This document shows, one piece after another, positions 19,796 through 27,782 of a DNA stretch of 36,410 nt. The DNA is from Gemmatimonadales bacterium. Its GTDB lineage: Bacteria; Gemmatimonadota; Gemmatimonadetes; Gemmatimonadales; GWC2-71-9. Position 1 is the first letter of the stretch, and every line of letters starts with the position of its first letter. The stretch covers positions 1-36,410 of the forward strand of contig JBOHSC010000314.1 in NCBI GenBank assembly GCA_050733115.1, given 5' to 3'. The notes below the pieces were generated by a model. That model saw nothing but the letters and a program-made list of their open reading frames with translations, was not told the DNA's origin and made no database searches. The position numbers were made by a program, and so were the translations under genes.

Positions 19796-20047
19796 CTGCA
19801 GTGGGCTGCGTCCGGGTAAGGACGTGGGCTGGCGGGCGCCCCACTGACGCGCGCTTCAGGCGCGTCGCCCCCGCCGGCCCGGGCGACCCAGGCTCCCCGG
19901 CGGGCTCCTCCCGCGAAGCGGCGGTTGTCGCGCATGGGGGTGGGTCACCCAGGCGCGTCAGTCGGGCGGTGGCGGGCCCACTCCCTGTCCCGGACGCAGC
20001 CGACTGCAGCGTCGGCAGGGACCCACCCCCAGCGCGACAACCGCCGT
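19796..20047. repeat. Two interleaved long inverted repeats (A/A' and B/B') in an intergenic region
   Basis: A (19796-19852) is complementary to A' (19953-20009) at 46 of 57 positions by hand alignment, with perfect runs of 13 and 10 bp. B (19919-19946) pairs with B' (20020-20046) through 27 Watson-Crick pairs interrupted only by a bulged A at 19934. The order along the strand is A, B, A', B'. A further local hairpin is gacgcgc/gcgcgtc at 19846-19866. Confidence 0.8.
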
Positions 20048-20219
20048 CGCCTGCGCCCAACCATCGAGCGGCCCGGGCGGAGCACCACAAGACGGTCGAG
20101 CGTGCAGCGAGTCGCCCCCGCCGCCCCTGTGCGCCTCCCGCCACCTCGTGCATCGCCATTGGTGCACGGGCATGGACATTGCCCGCCAAACGTCTCGTCA
20201 CCCTCCCCTCGAGGCAGGC

Positions 20220-20801
20220 ATGAACCGACCGCTCTACGCCCTAGGCTGGAGCTATGTCGCCTTGTGCGGCCTGCTGCTGGCAGGTACGCGGCACCGGCCC
20301 CCGCGCTCGAGCGACGAGCCGCCGGCTCCGGCGCCGCCGTTTCGGGGTGAAGCATCCGAGTGGTTCGCCCAGGTCAAGCCGTTTTGCAACGCTGTGGAGG
20401 TGTCCGTTCGGCAGCAGCAGGCGCCGGCGCCGTCGACGGTGGACGGTGCGGGGTACAGCGCGGCCTGCTACGCCCTGGCGGGAAAGATCGATCAGGCTCG
20501 CTCGGCGATCGATGCGCTCGATCGTGGCGACCGTTCTCGCGCGGCGGGAATCGTCTTCGAGATCGGGCATCCGGTGGCCGATGCCGGGGACGACAAGTCG
20601 GCGGGCCCGATCATGCGGCTCGTGGTGGACTACCAACCCGACAACTACATGGCTCTCTACCATGCCGGAATGTCCGAGTACATCCTGGGAGAGGCCGACT
20701 TCGCGCGCGCCCATCTGAAGCAATTCATGAAGCTCTACCAGAACGAAGACGGCTGGCGGGCCAATGCGCGTGACGTGCTCGGGCGGCTCGGCGAAAAATG
20801 A
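20220..20801 (+). CDS. Small membrane-anchored hypothetical protein, translationally coupled to the downstream kinase
   Basis: The ATG at 20220 gives an N-terminal hydrophobic anchor (LYALGWSYVALCGLLLAG). The helical C-terminal part is possibly TPR-like (NYMALYHAGMSEYILGEADFARAHLKQFMKLY). The stop TGA at 20799-20801 overlaps the kinase ATG at 20798-20800. Confidence 0.6.
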   Translation: MNRPLYALGWSYVALCGLLLAGTRHRPPRSSDEPPAPAPPFRGEASEWFAQVKPFCNAVEVSVRQQQAPAPSTVDGAGYSAACYALAGKIDQARSAIDALDRGDRSRAAGIVFEIGHPVADAGDDKSAGPIMRLVVDYQPDNYMALYHAGMSEYILGEADFARAHLKQFMKLYQNEDGWRANARDVLGRLGEK

Positions 20802-22630
20802 GCGCCTCCCCGTTCCTCGATCCGGGCGCCGTTCTGGCCGGACGCTACGAGATCGTCCGCGAGGTCGGCCGCGGCGGGTACTCGGTGGTCTACCTCGCGC
20901 GCGATCGTACGGTCGGCACCGACGTGGCATTGAAGCTCCTGGTGCCTCCGCCTGCCGCGGCTCAGGTGGCGCGGGAGCGGATGCGGCGCGAGGTGCAGGC
21001 CGTGCGCGGGCTCTCGCACCCCAACATCGTCGCGGTGTTCGATTTTCTCGAGGATGGTCCCTGGAGCTTCATCGTCATGGAGTACGTCGCCGGCCCTGAC
21101 CTGCAGATGCGGGTCCGCGAGCGGGGCCCGCTCGACGTCGAGCAGACCGTGCGGGTGGGACGAGACATAGCGGCCGCGCTGACCATGGCGCACCGCCGGG
21201 GCGTTCTCCATCGCGATGTGAAGCCGCCCAATCTGCTGCTCGACCCCGATGGACGCACCCGGCTCACCGATTTCGGCTCCGCGCGGCTCGATGGACAGCT
21301 CGGTGTAACCGGCACAGGCGCTCTGGCGGGCACGCTCGCGTACACCTCGCCGGAGGTTCTCGCCGGGCGACGGGGTGATGCGCGGGCCGACGTATACGCT
21401 CTCGGGCTGACGCTCTACTTCGCGCTGACGGGTGACCTCCCCGAGCGCCCTTCGCCGCACCTGCCGCCCGTCCCATCCGCCGATGGATTCCGCCCGAGCC
21501 GCGCATCATCGAAAGTTCCCCAATGGCTCGACGACGTGATCGCACTGGCTACGGCCGCCGCCGCCGAGAACCGGTTCCCGACGGCGGTCGCGTTGAACGA
21601 AGCGCTCGCATCGCAGGCGCCGGTTCCTCACGCAGGGACGGCGAATGGCGCGCCCTGCATGCTGTGCGGCGGCCCCGACCCGCTCGCGCTCGGGATCTGT
21701 CCCGCCTGCGGTGGCGGCGCACCGGAGAGCGCCGATACCCTCGTCATCATGGAACGGGAACGTGATCCGGCGGCGCGGCGCGCCGCGGCGCTTCGACTCG
21801 CGGTGGTGATGCCCGATCTGAGTGATACCGATCGCGCCGCCGCGGCGCTCGGTCGGCGCCCACTCTTTCGAGTACCGTCGGTGAGCGCGCCCAGGCTGGT
21901 GGACGAGTTGAGGCATCGTGAGCTGAGCTCACGGGCGCTTCCGGCCGGCCGCGCGCTTGACCTGGTGCCGGCTTCCTATTGGGCACTCGTGGCGGTGGTG
22001 ATCGCCGCTGGCGGCGCCGCAGGGATGATCGCCGCACCTCCGCTACTCGCCACGACACCGCTCGTCGGAGTGCTGCTGGTGCTTGGAGCGCGACGCTCGG
22101 CCCGCACGCCACTCGTGCTGCCGCCGGCGCGGCTCCACGCCCTCGCGCCCGCGGTAGAGCGCGCGGTGGTGCAGACGCTGGCCGAGCTGTCGCCGGGAAC
22201 CGCACGGAACCTGCTCGCCGATCTGGTCAGGATGTGCTCCGCGCTGAGCGCGCGCCTCGAGCGCACCGGCGACGATCGCGGTCTCGGCCCTACGCTCGCC
22301 GAGCTGCTGCAGGCCGGCTGTAGCGCGGCGACCGATCTGGCGCAGCTCGACGAGAATCTGGGCCGTTTCGAGCGTCAGCAGGATCAGCTCGCGTCTCTGC
22401 CGGAAGGATGGCTCGACACACTCGGCCGCTCCGAGCGGACGCGTGATGCGCTGGTACAGCGCCTCCTCGAGGCGATGACGGTCGTGGGGCGCCTGCAGGG
22501 CCAGCAGGCGGCGCTCGCCGGTGAATCCGACGAGACGCTGGCGGAGCTCATCCAGGAGCTCCGGCGCGAGTCGGACGCGCAGGGCGCGGCCGCGCGGGAG
22601 ATGAAGGAGCTTCTGCCCGGCGCGGTCTGA
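20798..22630 (+). CDS. Hanks-type Ser/Thr protein kinase with a CxxC..CxxC zinc-ribbon, TM segments and a C-terminal helical domain
   Basis: G-loop GRGGYSVVY, VALK lysine, catalytic loop HRDVKPPNLL, DFGSA and TSPEVL. The zinc-ribbon-like CMLCGGPDPLALGICPACGG lies at 21656-21709. A hydrophobic stretch is YWALVAVVIAAGGAAGMIAAPPLLATTPLVGVLLVLGA. The ~190-residue Ala/Leu/Arg/Glu-rich tail matches no domain I recognise. Confidence 0.9.
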   Translation: MSASPFLDPGAVLAGRYEIVREVGRGGYSVVYLARDRTVGTDVALKLLVPPPAAAQVARERMRREVQAVRGLSHPNIVAVFDFLEDGPWSFIVMEYVAGPDLQMRVRERGPLDVEQTVRVGRDIAAALTMAHRRGVLHRDVKPPNLLLDPDGRTRLTDFGSARLDGQLGVTGTGALAGTLAYTSPEVLAGRRGDARADVYALGLTLYFALTGDLPERPSPHLPPVPSADGFRPSRASSKVPQWLDDVIALATAAAAENRFPTAVALNEALASQAPVPHAGTANGAPCMLCGGPDPLALGICPACGGGAPESADTLVIMERERDPAARRAAALRLAVVMPDLSDTDRAAAALGRRPLFRVPSVSAPRLVDELRHRELSSRALPAGRALDLVPASYWALVAVVIAAGGAAGMIAAPPLLATTPLVGVLLVLGARRSARTPLVLPPARLHALAPAVERAVVQTLAELSPGTARNLLADLVRMCSALSARLERTGDDRGLGPTLAELLQAGCSAATDLAQLDENLGRFERQQDQLASLPEGWLDTLGRSERTRDALVQRLLEAMTVVGRLQGQQAALAGESDETLAELIQELRRESDAQGAAAREMKELLPGAV

Positions 22631-22679
22631 GCCGTGGTTCTGTGGTCGTGTCCGGACACTACCGGCTCTGTCGCATCCA

Positions 22680-22709
22680 TTGACACGCAAAACTTCGCAC
22701 TGCTGGAAT
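22680..22709 (+). promoter_or_regulatory. Candidate sigma70-type promoter for the ten-gene operon
   Basis: TTGACA (22680-22685), an 18-nt spacer, then TGGAAT (22704-22709), in a visibly less GC-rich 270-bp gap. This is pattern match only. Promoter consensus in this lineage may differ. Confidence 0.3.
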
Positions 22710-22943
22710 GTCGTGGGATCGCCACAACGATCTCCCGATTTCAGCGTCTGCAGGACCCTGCATCGACCATCCTTACCCCTCCCTCAAGCAAGCATCCTTC
22801 CGCGTGTTGCGGCTGCTCCACCACACATCCAGCATCTTCTGCCACCAGCACCTGCGGCTGGCGTACCTCTTGCCCCTTACAGCAGTTGCACAACGGAGAC
22901 AATGGCGAGACTGCAATCCTCTGCAATGGGGCGACAGCGACCG

Positions 22944-24161
22944 ATGCGCGTCATGCTGTTGAACTACGAGTACCCTCCGTATGGCGGCGGCGCCGGTGTA
23001 GCCACCGAGGCGCTGGCGCGCACGCTCGCGTCCCGCGGCGTCACGGTGGACGTCGTGACCGCCGGTGACAAGACGGAGTGCCAGTCCGAGCTGCTCTGGG
23101 ACGGCGACGCGGCCGAAGAGGGGCTACTCAACGTTCACCGGGTGCGGTGCCGCCGCACGTCGGTGCACCAGGCGAGCATGTTCGACGCGGCCAGCTATCT
23201 CTTCGCCGCGCTGCCGGTGATCCGCGAGCTGCTCGAGGCGGAAGAGTACGATACGGTCCACGTCTTCTTCTCGCTTCCGACCGGCGCGCTCATCCCGTTG
23301 CTCAATCTCGGCAAGACGCCGGTGATCGTCTCCCTCAGGGGCTCCGACGTTCCGGGATACGACTCGCACAATCGCAACCTCGAGCGGGCGCACGCACTGT
23401 TGCGTCCCTTTACACGCTGGATCTGGCGCCGCGCCGACCGTGTAGTGCCGGTGTGCGAGAGCCTTGGCCAGATGGCGGCGCGCACCCTGCCGAGCCTGGA
23501 CTACACGGTGATTCCCAACGGTGTGGACCTCGCGCGCTTTCACCCTCCGGCGTCGCGGCGGAACCGGCGCTGCGGACCAGTCCGCTGCATTGCCGTGGCG
23601 CGACTGGTGGAGCGGAAGGGGCTCACCGACCTGATACGCGCCATCGGCCTGCTGGAGCGAGGAAGCTACGAGCTCGAGATCGTCGGCACCGGGCCGGACG
23701 AGCATGTGCTTCGCGAGCTGGTGGCTGGCCTCCGGCTCGACGGCTTCGTGAAGTTCAGCGGTTCGCTCGACCGTGCCACCGTCGCCCGCCGGTACCGTGA
23801 CGCGGATCTCTTCACTCTCGCCTCCGTCGAGGAGGCGTTCGGCAATGTGTTCGCCGAAGCGCTGGCCTGCGGCCTTCCCGTCGTGGGCAGTGCGGTGGGC
23901 GGCATCCCCGACCTCGTCCAGCATGGCCGCAACGGCCTGCTGGTCCCGCCTCGTGATCCGTTCGCGCTTGCCACCGCCATCCGGCACCTCGGAGAGAATC
24001 CCGCGCTTCGCGCCGAGATCGGCCGCCGCAATCGGGCCCAGGCGGAGGCGACTCTTTCCTGGGATCGGATCACTACCCGGTACCTGTCGCTCTACAACGG
24101 CCTCCGCCGCCGCACTCCAGCACGTTCCCGCCTCGCCGAGCTGCCCTCGAGCTCCTGGTGA
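22944..24161 (+). CDS. GT4-family (GT-B) glycosyltransferase
   Basis: MRVMLLNYEYPPYGGGAGVATEALARTL is a typical GT4 N terminus. The E-x7-E region is EEAFGNVFAEALACGLPVVGSAVGGIPDLV. Alternative in-frame ATGs lie at 22902 (GGAG 3 nt upstream) and 22926. The ORF-track start at 22680 is rejected. Confidence 0.9.
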   Translation: MRVMLLNYEYPPYGGGAGVATEALARTLASRGVTVDVVTAGDKTECQSELLWDGDAAEEGLLNVHRVRCRRTSVHQASMFDAASYLFAALPVIRELLEAEEYDTVHVFFSLPTGALIPLLNLGKTPVIVSLRGSDVPGYDSHNRNLERAHALLRPFTRWIWRRADRVVPVCESLGQMAARTLPSLDYTVIPNGVDLARFHPPASRRNRRCGPVRCIAVARLVERKGLTDLIRAIGLLERGSYELEIVGTGPDEHVLRELVAGLRLDGFVKFSGSLDRATVARRYRDADLFTLASVEEAFGNVFAEALACGLPVVGSAVGGIPDLVQHGRNGLLVPPRDPFALATAIRHLGENPALRAEIGRRNRAQAEATLSWDRITTRYLSLYNGLRRRTPARSRLAELPSSSW

Positions 24162-25459
24162 GCGCGACGCTCGGTTTCTGGCTCGCGGCGGATGGGTTTC
24201 AGCTGCTCCGGGCTCCCCGACTGGCGCCCGACGCGCTCCAGTCTCTCTCGCGCCGCCGGCTCGCCCGCCTGCTCGCGGCAGCCGCGAGGACGGAGTTCCA
24301 TCGAGAGCGGCTCGAAGCGATCGGCCTCGACTCGAGGAGTTCGCTGCTCCACCTCGATCCCGAGGGCGTGCTTGCCTCGCTCGCTCCGGTCGGCAAGGCG
24401 GAGCTTCGGGCGGCGGGAACAGGAATGCTGCGTGGCGGGCGGATTCGGCCGGAGTGGATGTCTTCGAGCTCTTCGGGCTCGACCGGCGAGCCGTTTCGCG
24501 TCTACTACGACACGCGCGCCTGGGCCACGCTCAAGCATCTCGTGAAGCTCCGCGCCAGGGCGGCGTGTGGGGTCCGGCCGACCGATCGCGTGGCGCTCCT
24601 CGACGCGATCCCGCCGAGGCAGCGGCAGGGATTCGTTCGCGGCAGCCGCGTTGCCCGGATCAGCGTGCTGCAGCCGGGCGCGGCGATGGCCGAACAACTC
24701 GCCGCCTTCCGGCCCGACGCCGTCTACGGTCTTCCCTCGGCGCTGCTCGAAGCGGCGGCGGCGCTGCGCGCGCAGGGCCGGCAGCTCGTCATCGGGCGGG
24801 TGTTCACCAGCGGGGAGCTTCTGCGGCCGGCCGTTCGCGAGGCAATCGCGGACGCGTTTCAGGCGCGGGTCTTCGACATCTACGGAAGCTCGGAGACGAA
24901 GGAGATCGCGTGGGAGTGCGCCGAGGGCGGCATGCACGTGAATGCCGACGTGATCCGCCTCGAGGTACTCGACGATGAGGGCCGGCCCCTCCCCGACGGC
25001 GTCGAGGGAAATCTGGTGGCCACCTCGCTCGTCAATCACGCGATGCCTCTGCTGCGCTACCGGCTCGGCGATCGGGGCAGCATGCGTTCACACGCCTGTC
25101 CCTGCGGGCGGGCCTTTCCGCTGCTCGGCGTCGTGACCGGTCGCGCGGTCGATGTCCTTGTGCTCTCCGACGGGCGGCGGGTATCACCCTACGCTCTCAC
25201 CTGCGCCCTCGAGCGGGAAGAGTCACTGCTGCGTTACCAGGTGAGCCAGCTCGATCCGGCACGCCTGCGGGTGCGAGCCATTGTGGAGCCCGGGGCGCAG
25301 CGCAGCGCCGTTACCGATCGGGTGCGGGCGCTGATGCGGGCGGAAGTCGCTCCTTTCCTCGAAACCGACGTCGAGTTCGTGGACCATCTTCCCACCGGAC
25401 CGCGAGCCAAGTTCAGTGTCGTCCAGCCGCTGGCGGTGCCGGCGCAATCCCTCGGTTGA
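24158..25459 (+). CDS. Adenylate-forming enzyme, phenylacetate-CoA ligase (PaaK) / coenzyme F390 synthetase / CapK-like family, copy 1
   Basis: The GTG start overlaps the GT4 stop (GTGA at 24158-24161). The phosphate-binding motif SSSSGSTGEPF is at 24461-24493. The ~430-residue length and the N-terminal RRLARLLAAAARTEFHRERL pattern are typical of the family. Confidence 0.85.
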   Translation: MSATLGFWLAADGFQLLRAPRLAPDALQSLSRRRLARLLAAAARTEFHRERLEAIGLDSRSSLLHLDPEGVLASLAPVGKAELRAAGTGMLRGGRIRPEWMSSSSSGSTGEPFRVYYDTRAWATLKHLVKLRARAACGVRPTDRVALLDAIPPRQRQGFVRGSRVARISVLQPGAAMAEQLAAFRPDAVYGLPSALLEAAAALRAQGRQLVIGRVFTSGELLRPAVREAIADAFQARVFDIYGSSETKEIAWECAEGGMHVNADVIRLEVLDDEGRPLPDGVEGNLVATSLVNHAMPLLRYRLGDRGSMRSHACPCGRAFPLLGVVTGRAVDVLVLSDGRRVSPYALTCALEREESLLRYQVSQLDPARLRVRAIVEPGAQRSAVTDRVRALMRAEVAPFLETDVEFVDHLPTGPRAKFSVVQPLAVPAQSLG

Positions 25460-25473
25460 GGCGATAGCTCACG

Positions 25474-26442
25474 ATGATCCAGATACCGTCCGGCCGCGCC
25501 TTCCCGCGTGATCACTCCGGCGGGCGAGGGCGCGCGCGTCCGTTGCCCCATCCGCTCTCGCCGTACGAGGATCTGGTCGTGAACTTCTGCCCGACCGGAA
25601 TGATCCCGACAAAGGCGATGACGCCCCATGTGCCGGTGTCTCCGTCGGAGGTGATCGACCAGTCGTGCTCGGCGCTCGAGCGGGGCGTGGCCATCGTCCA
25701 TCTGCACGCGCGCGAAGCCGACGGCTCCCCGACGTATCGCGCCGAGATCTACGAGGAGATGATCCTCGGCATCCGCGGACACTTTCCCGACGCGATCACC
25801 TGCGTGAGTTGCAGCGGCCGGAACTTCCCCGAGCTCGAGCGCCGGAGCGAGGTACTGGAGCTGACCGGCGCCGCGCGCCCCGACCTGGCCAGTCTCACGC
25901 TTACCACGCTCGACTTTCCGACGGGAACGAGCCAGAACGCCCCCGACATGGTCATCGCGCTCGCGGAGAAGATGGTGGCAAAGGGGATCAAGCCGGAGCT
26001 CGAGTGCTTCGACTACGGGATGATCAATGCCGCGAACATGCTGATCGGGAAAGGGATGCTCGGAGAGCCGCCGTACTATTTCAACCTGCTGCTCGGCTCG
26101 CGCTACTCCGTGCCGGCGACGGCGAAGCACCTGTCCGGGATGATCGACGACCTGCCCGACGATTCGGTCTGGTCGGCGGCGGGGATCGGACTCTTCCAGT
26201 TGCCGATGAACACACTCGCCATCGCGATGGGCGGCCACACCCGGGTGGGTCTCGAGGACAACATCTTCCACGGATTCGATCGGGGCGAGCTGGCCACCAA
26301 TCAGGGCCTGGTCGAGCGCGTCGCGGACTTGAGTGAAACCTTCGGGAGGAAGCTGGCGACCCCGGCGCGCGCCCGTGCGCTGCTCGGCGTGGCGCCCTCG
26401 GCCGCGGCGATCGACCGCGTCCCCACCGCGGGGGCGCGATGA
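25474..26442 (+). CDS. BKACE-family enzyme (3-keto-5-aminohexanoate cleavage enzyme-like, DUF849)
   Basis: TIM-barrel start VVNFCPTGMIPTK. Zn-ligand H-x-H in AIVHLHARE (25699-25707). GGHTRVGLEDNIF contains the conserved Glu (26254-26256). The ~35-residue N-terminal extension is uncertain. Confidence 0.85.
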   Translation: MIQIPSGRAFPRDHSGGRGRARPLPHPLSPYEDLVVNFCPTGMIPTKAMTPHVPVSPSEVIDQSCSALERGVAIVHLHAREADGSPTYRAEIYEEMILGIRGHFPDAITCVSCSGRNFPELERRSEVLELTGAARPDLASLTLTTLDFPTGTSQNAPDMVIALAEKMVAKGIKPELECFDYGMINAANMLIGKGMLGEPPYYFNLLLGSRYSVPATAKHLSGMIDDLPDDSVWSAAGIGLFQLPMNTLAIAMGGHTRVGLEDNIFHGFDRGELATNQGLVERVADLSETFGRKLATPARARALLGVAPSAAAIDRVPTAGAR

Positions 26443-27782
26443 TCATCCGTGGGCCGGACCTCCTCGGAACGGTCAGCGCCATTCAGCGGCACATACGCGC
26501 CGATCGCGCCCAGCTCCAGACGTTTCAGGACGCCAAACTGCGGCGACTGCTCGTGCATGCCTACGAGCACGTGCCCTACTACCGGAAGCTGTTCGACCGG
26601 CAACGGCTCCATCCGCGCCACATCCGCGGCACGATCGATCTCGAGCTCATTCCGATCACGACCAAACAGGATCTCCGTGACCTTCCCCCTTCCGAGATCG
26701 TGACGAAGGGGGTCGATCCCTGCTCCCTCGTGTCGGTGCGCACCAATGGCTCCACGGGAGAACCGTTCGTCGTCCGCCGGACGGGGGTCGAGCAGGGCTT
26801 TCACACGATGTTCCGCCAGCGCGCGTACGAAGCGTTCGGCCTTGGGTTGCGCGGCCGTATCGCCGCGATAAGCTATCCGCGCCCCCGCCACCCGAGGGAC
26901 ACCAAGGTGGTGGGCCGCTGGCTGAGCGCCATGGGGGTGCACCCGACGCTCCGGATCGACGGCCTCCAGGATCCCGAGGCGATCGCCGAGCAGCTCGAGG
27001 CGTTCCAGCCCGATCTCATCACCGCGCTACCGGGCATGCTGCACCGCGTGGCCGATCACCTCGTCGACTCGGGAAAGGGCCGTGTCCGCCCGCGAATCGT
27101 GGTAGTGGGAGGTGAGGTGTTGACGCCGCTGGTCCGGCGCCGCCTGATCGAGGCCTTCGGCGTGGCGCCGCTCCAGACCTACGCCAGCCACGAGTTCCAG
27201 CTGCTGGGGTGGGAGTGCCGCACCCTCGGCGGCATCCACACCTGCGACGACGGGGCGATCGTCGAGGTGTTGAACGAGGGACGTCGGGCGCTGCCCGGCG
27301 AGGAGGGAGAGGTGGTTGCCACCAACCTTCACGCCTATGCGATGCCGTTCATTCGCTACCGCCTCGCCGATCTGGTCACCCGTGGCGCCGAGACGTGCGC
27401 ATGCGGGCAACCCTTCTCCGTGATCGGCGCGATCCGGGGACGGATGATCGACTACTTCCCGCTGCCGAACGGCAGGGTCGTGCATCCGTACCAGATTCTC
27501 CAGAGCCTCCAGCCGGGCGACGATACCTGGATCCGTCAGTGTCAGCTACTGCAGGATCGCCCGGACCGGGTGATCATGAGCATCGTGGCCGCCGGTGCAC
27601 CTGCGCCGGAGCTCGAGCGCCGCATCGTTGGCTCGGTGCAGCCCCTGCTGGGACCGGGAGTCGAATTCCAGATCCGGATCGTGGACGAGATCCCGCTCGA
27701 AGCCGGCGGCAAGTTCCGTCACGCGCGCTCGCTGATGGCCTCGGACTACGAGGCGGCGCCCGCGATCGCGCTGAATGGTTAG
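26439..27782 (+). CDS. Adenylate-forming enzyme, PaaK / F390 synthetase / CapK-like family, copy 2
   Basis: ATGA overlap with the BKACE stop (26439-26442). Motif TNGSTGEPF lies at 26742-26768, starting at codon 102 as in copy 1. The N-terminal pattern is KLRRLLVHAYEHVPYYRKLF. Confidence 0.85.
   Translation: MIIRGPDLLGTVSAIQRHIRADRAQLQTFQDAKLRRLLVHAYEHVPYYRKLFDRQRLHPRHIRGTIDLELIPITTKQDLRDLPPSEIVTKGVDPCSLVSVRTNGSTGEPFVVRRTGVEQGFHTMFRQRAYEAFGLGLRGRIAAISYPRPRHPRDTKVVGRWLSAMGVHPTLRIDGLQDPEAIAEQLEAFQPDLITALPGMLHRVADHLVDSGKGRVRPRIVVVGGEVLTPLVRRRLIEAFGVAPLQTYASHEFQLLGWECRTLGGIHTCDDGAIVEVLNEGRRALPGEEGEVVATNLHAYAMPFIRYRLADLVTRGAETCACGQPFSVIGAIRGRMIDYFPLPNGRVVHPYQILQSLQPGDDTWIRQCQLLQDRPDRVIMSIVAAGAPAPELERRIVGSVQPLLGPGVEFQIRIVDEIPLEAGGKFRHARSLMASDYEAAPAIALNG

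Noticed and set aside
19680-20223. ORFs of 168-173 codons on both strands across the intergenic repeat region.
   Set aside because: The two strands give near mirror-image peptides because of the inverted repeats. Composition is R/P/A/G only, and there is no RBS or coding periodicity.
22710-22900. Possible c-di-GMP or other known riboswitch in the operon leader.
   Set aside because: I could not recognise the conserved GEMM-type helices/tetraloop-receptor or any other riboswitch core by eye. This needs a covariance-model scan before any claim.
22680-22943. N-terminal extension of the glycosyltransferase ORF back to 22680.
   Set aside because: The 'start' is the TTG of a TTGACA promoter-like hexamer. 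The extra 74-88 residues are P/S/H/A-rich with many A/T-ending codons. GT4 enzymes normally begin right at the MRV(M/L)L.. strand.
22708-22962. 84-codon Cys/His-rich ORF in the operon leader (ends ..DRCASCC), considered as a possible precursor peptide for the ATP-grasp ligase.
   Set aside because: It has no Shine-Dalgarno. Many codons end in A/T, unlike real genes here. It overlaps the GT4 start out of frame. It is worth a quick conservation check, but not supportable as a gene.
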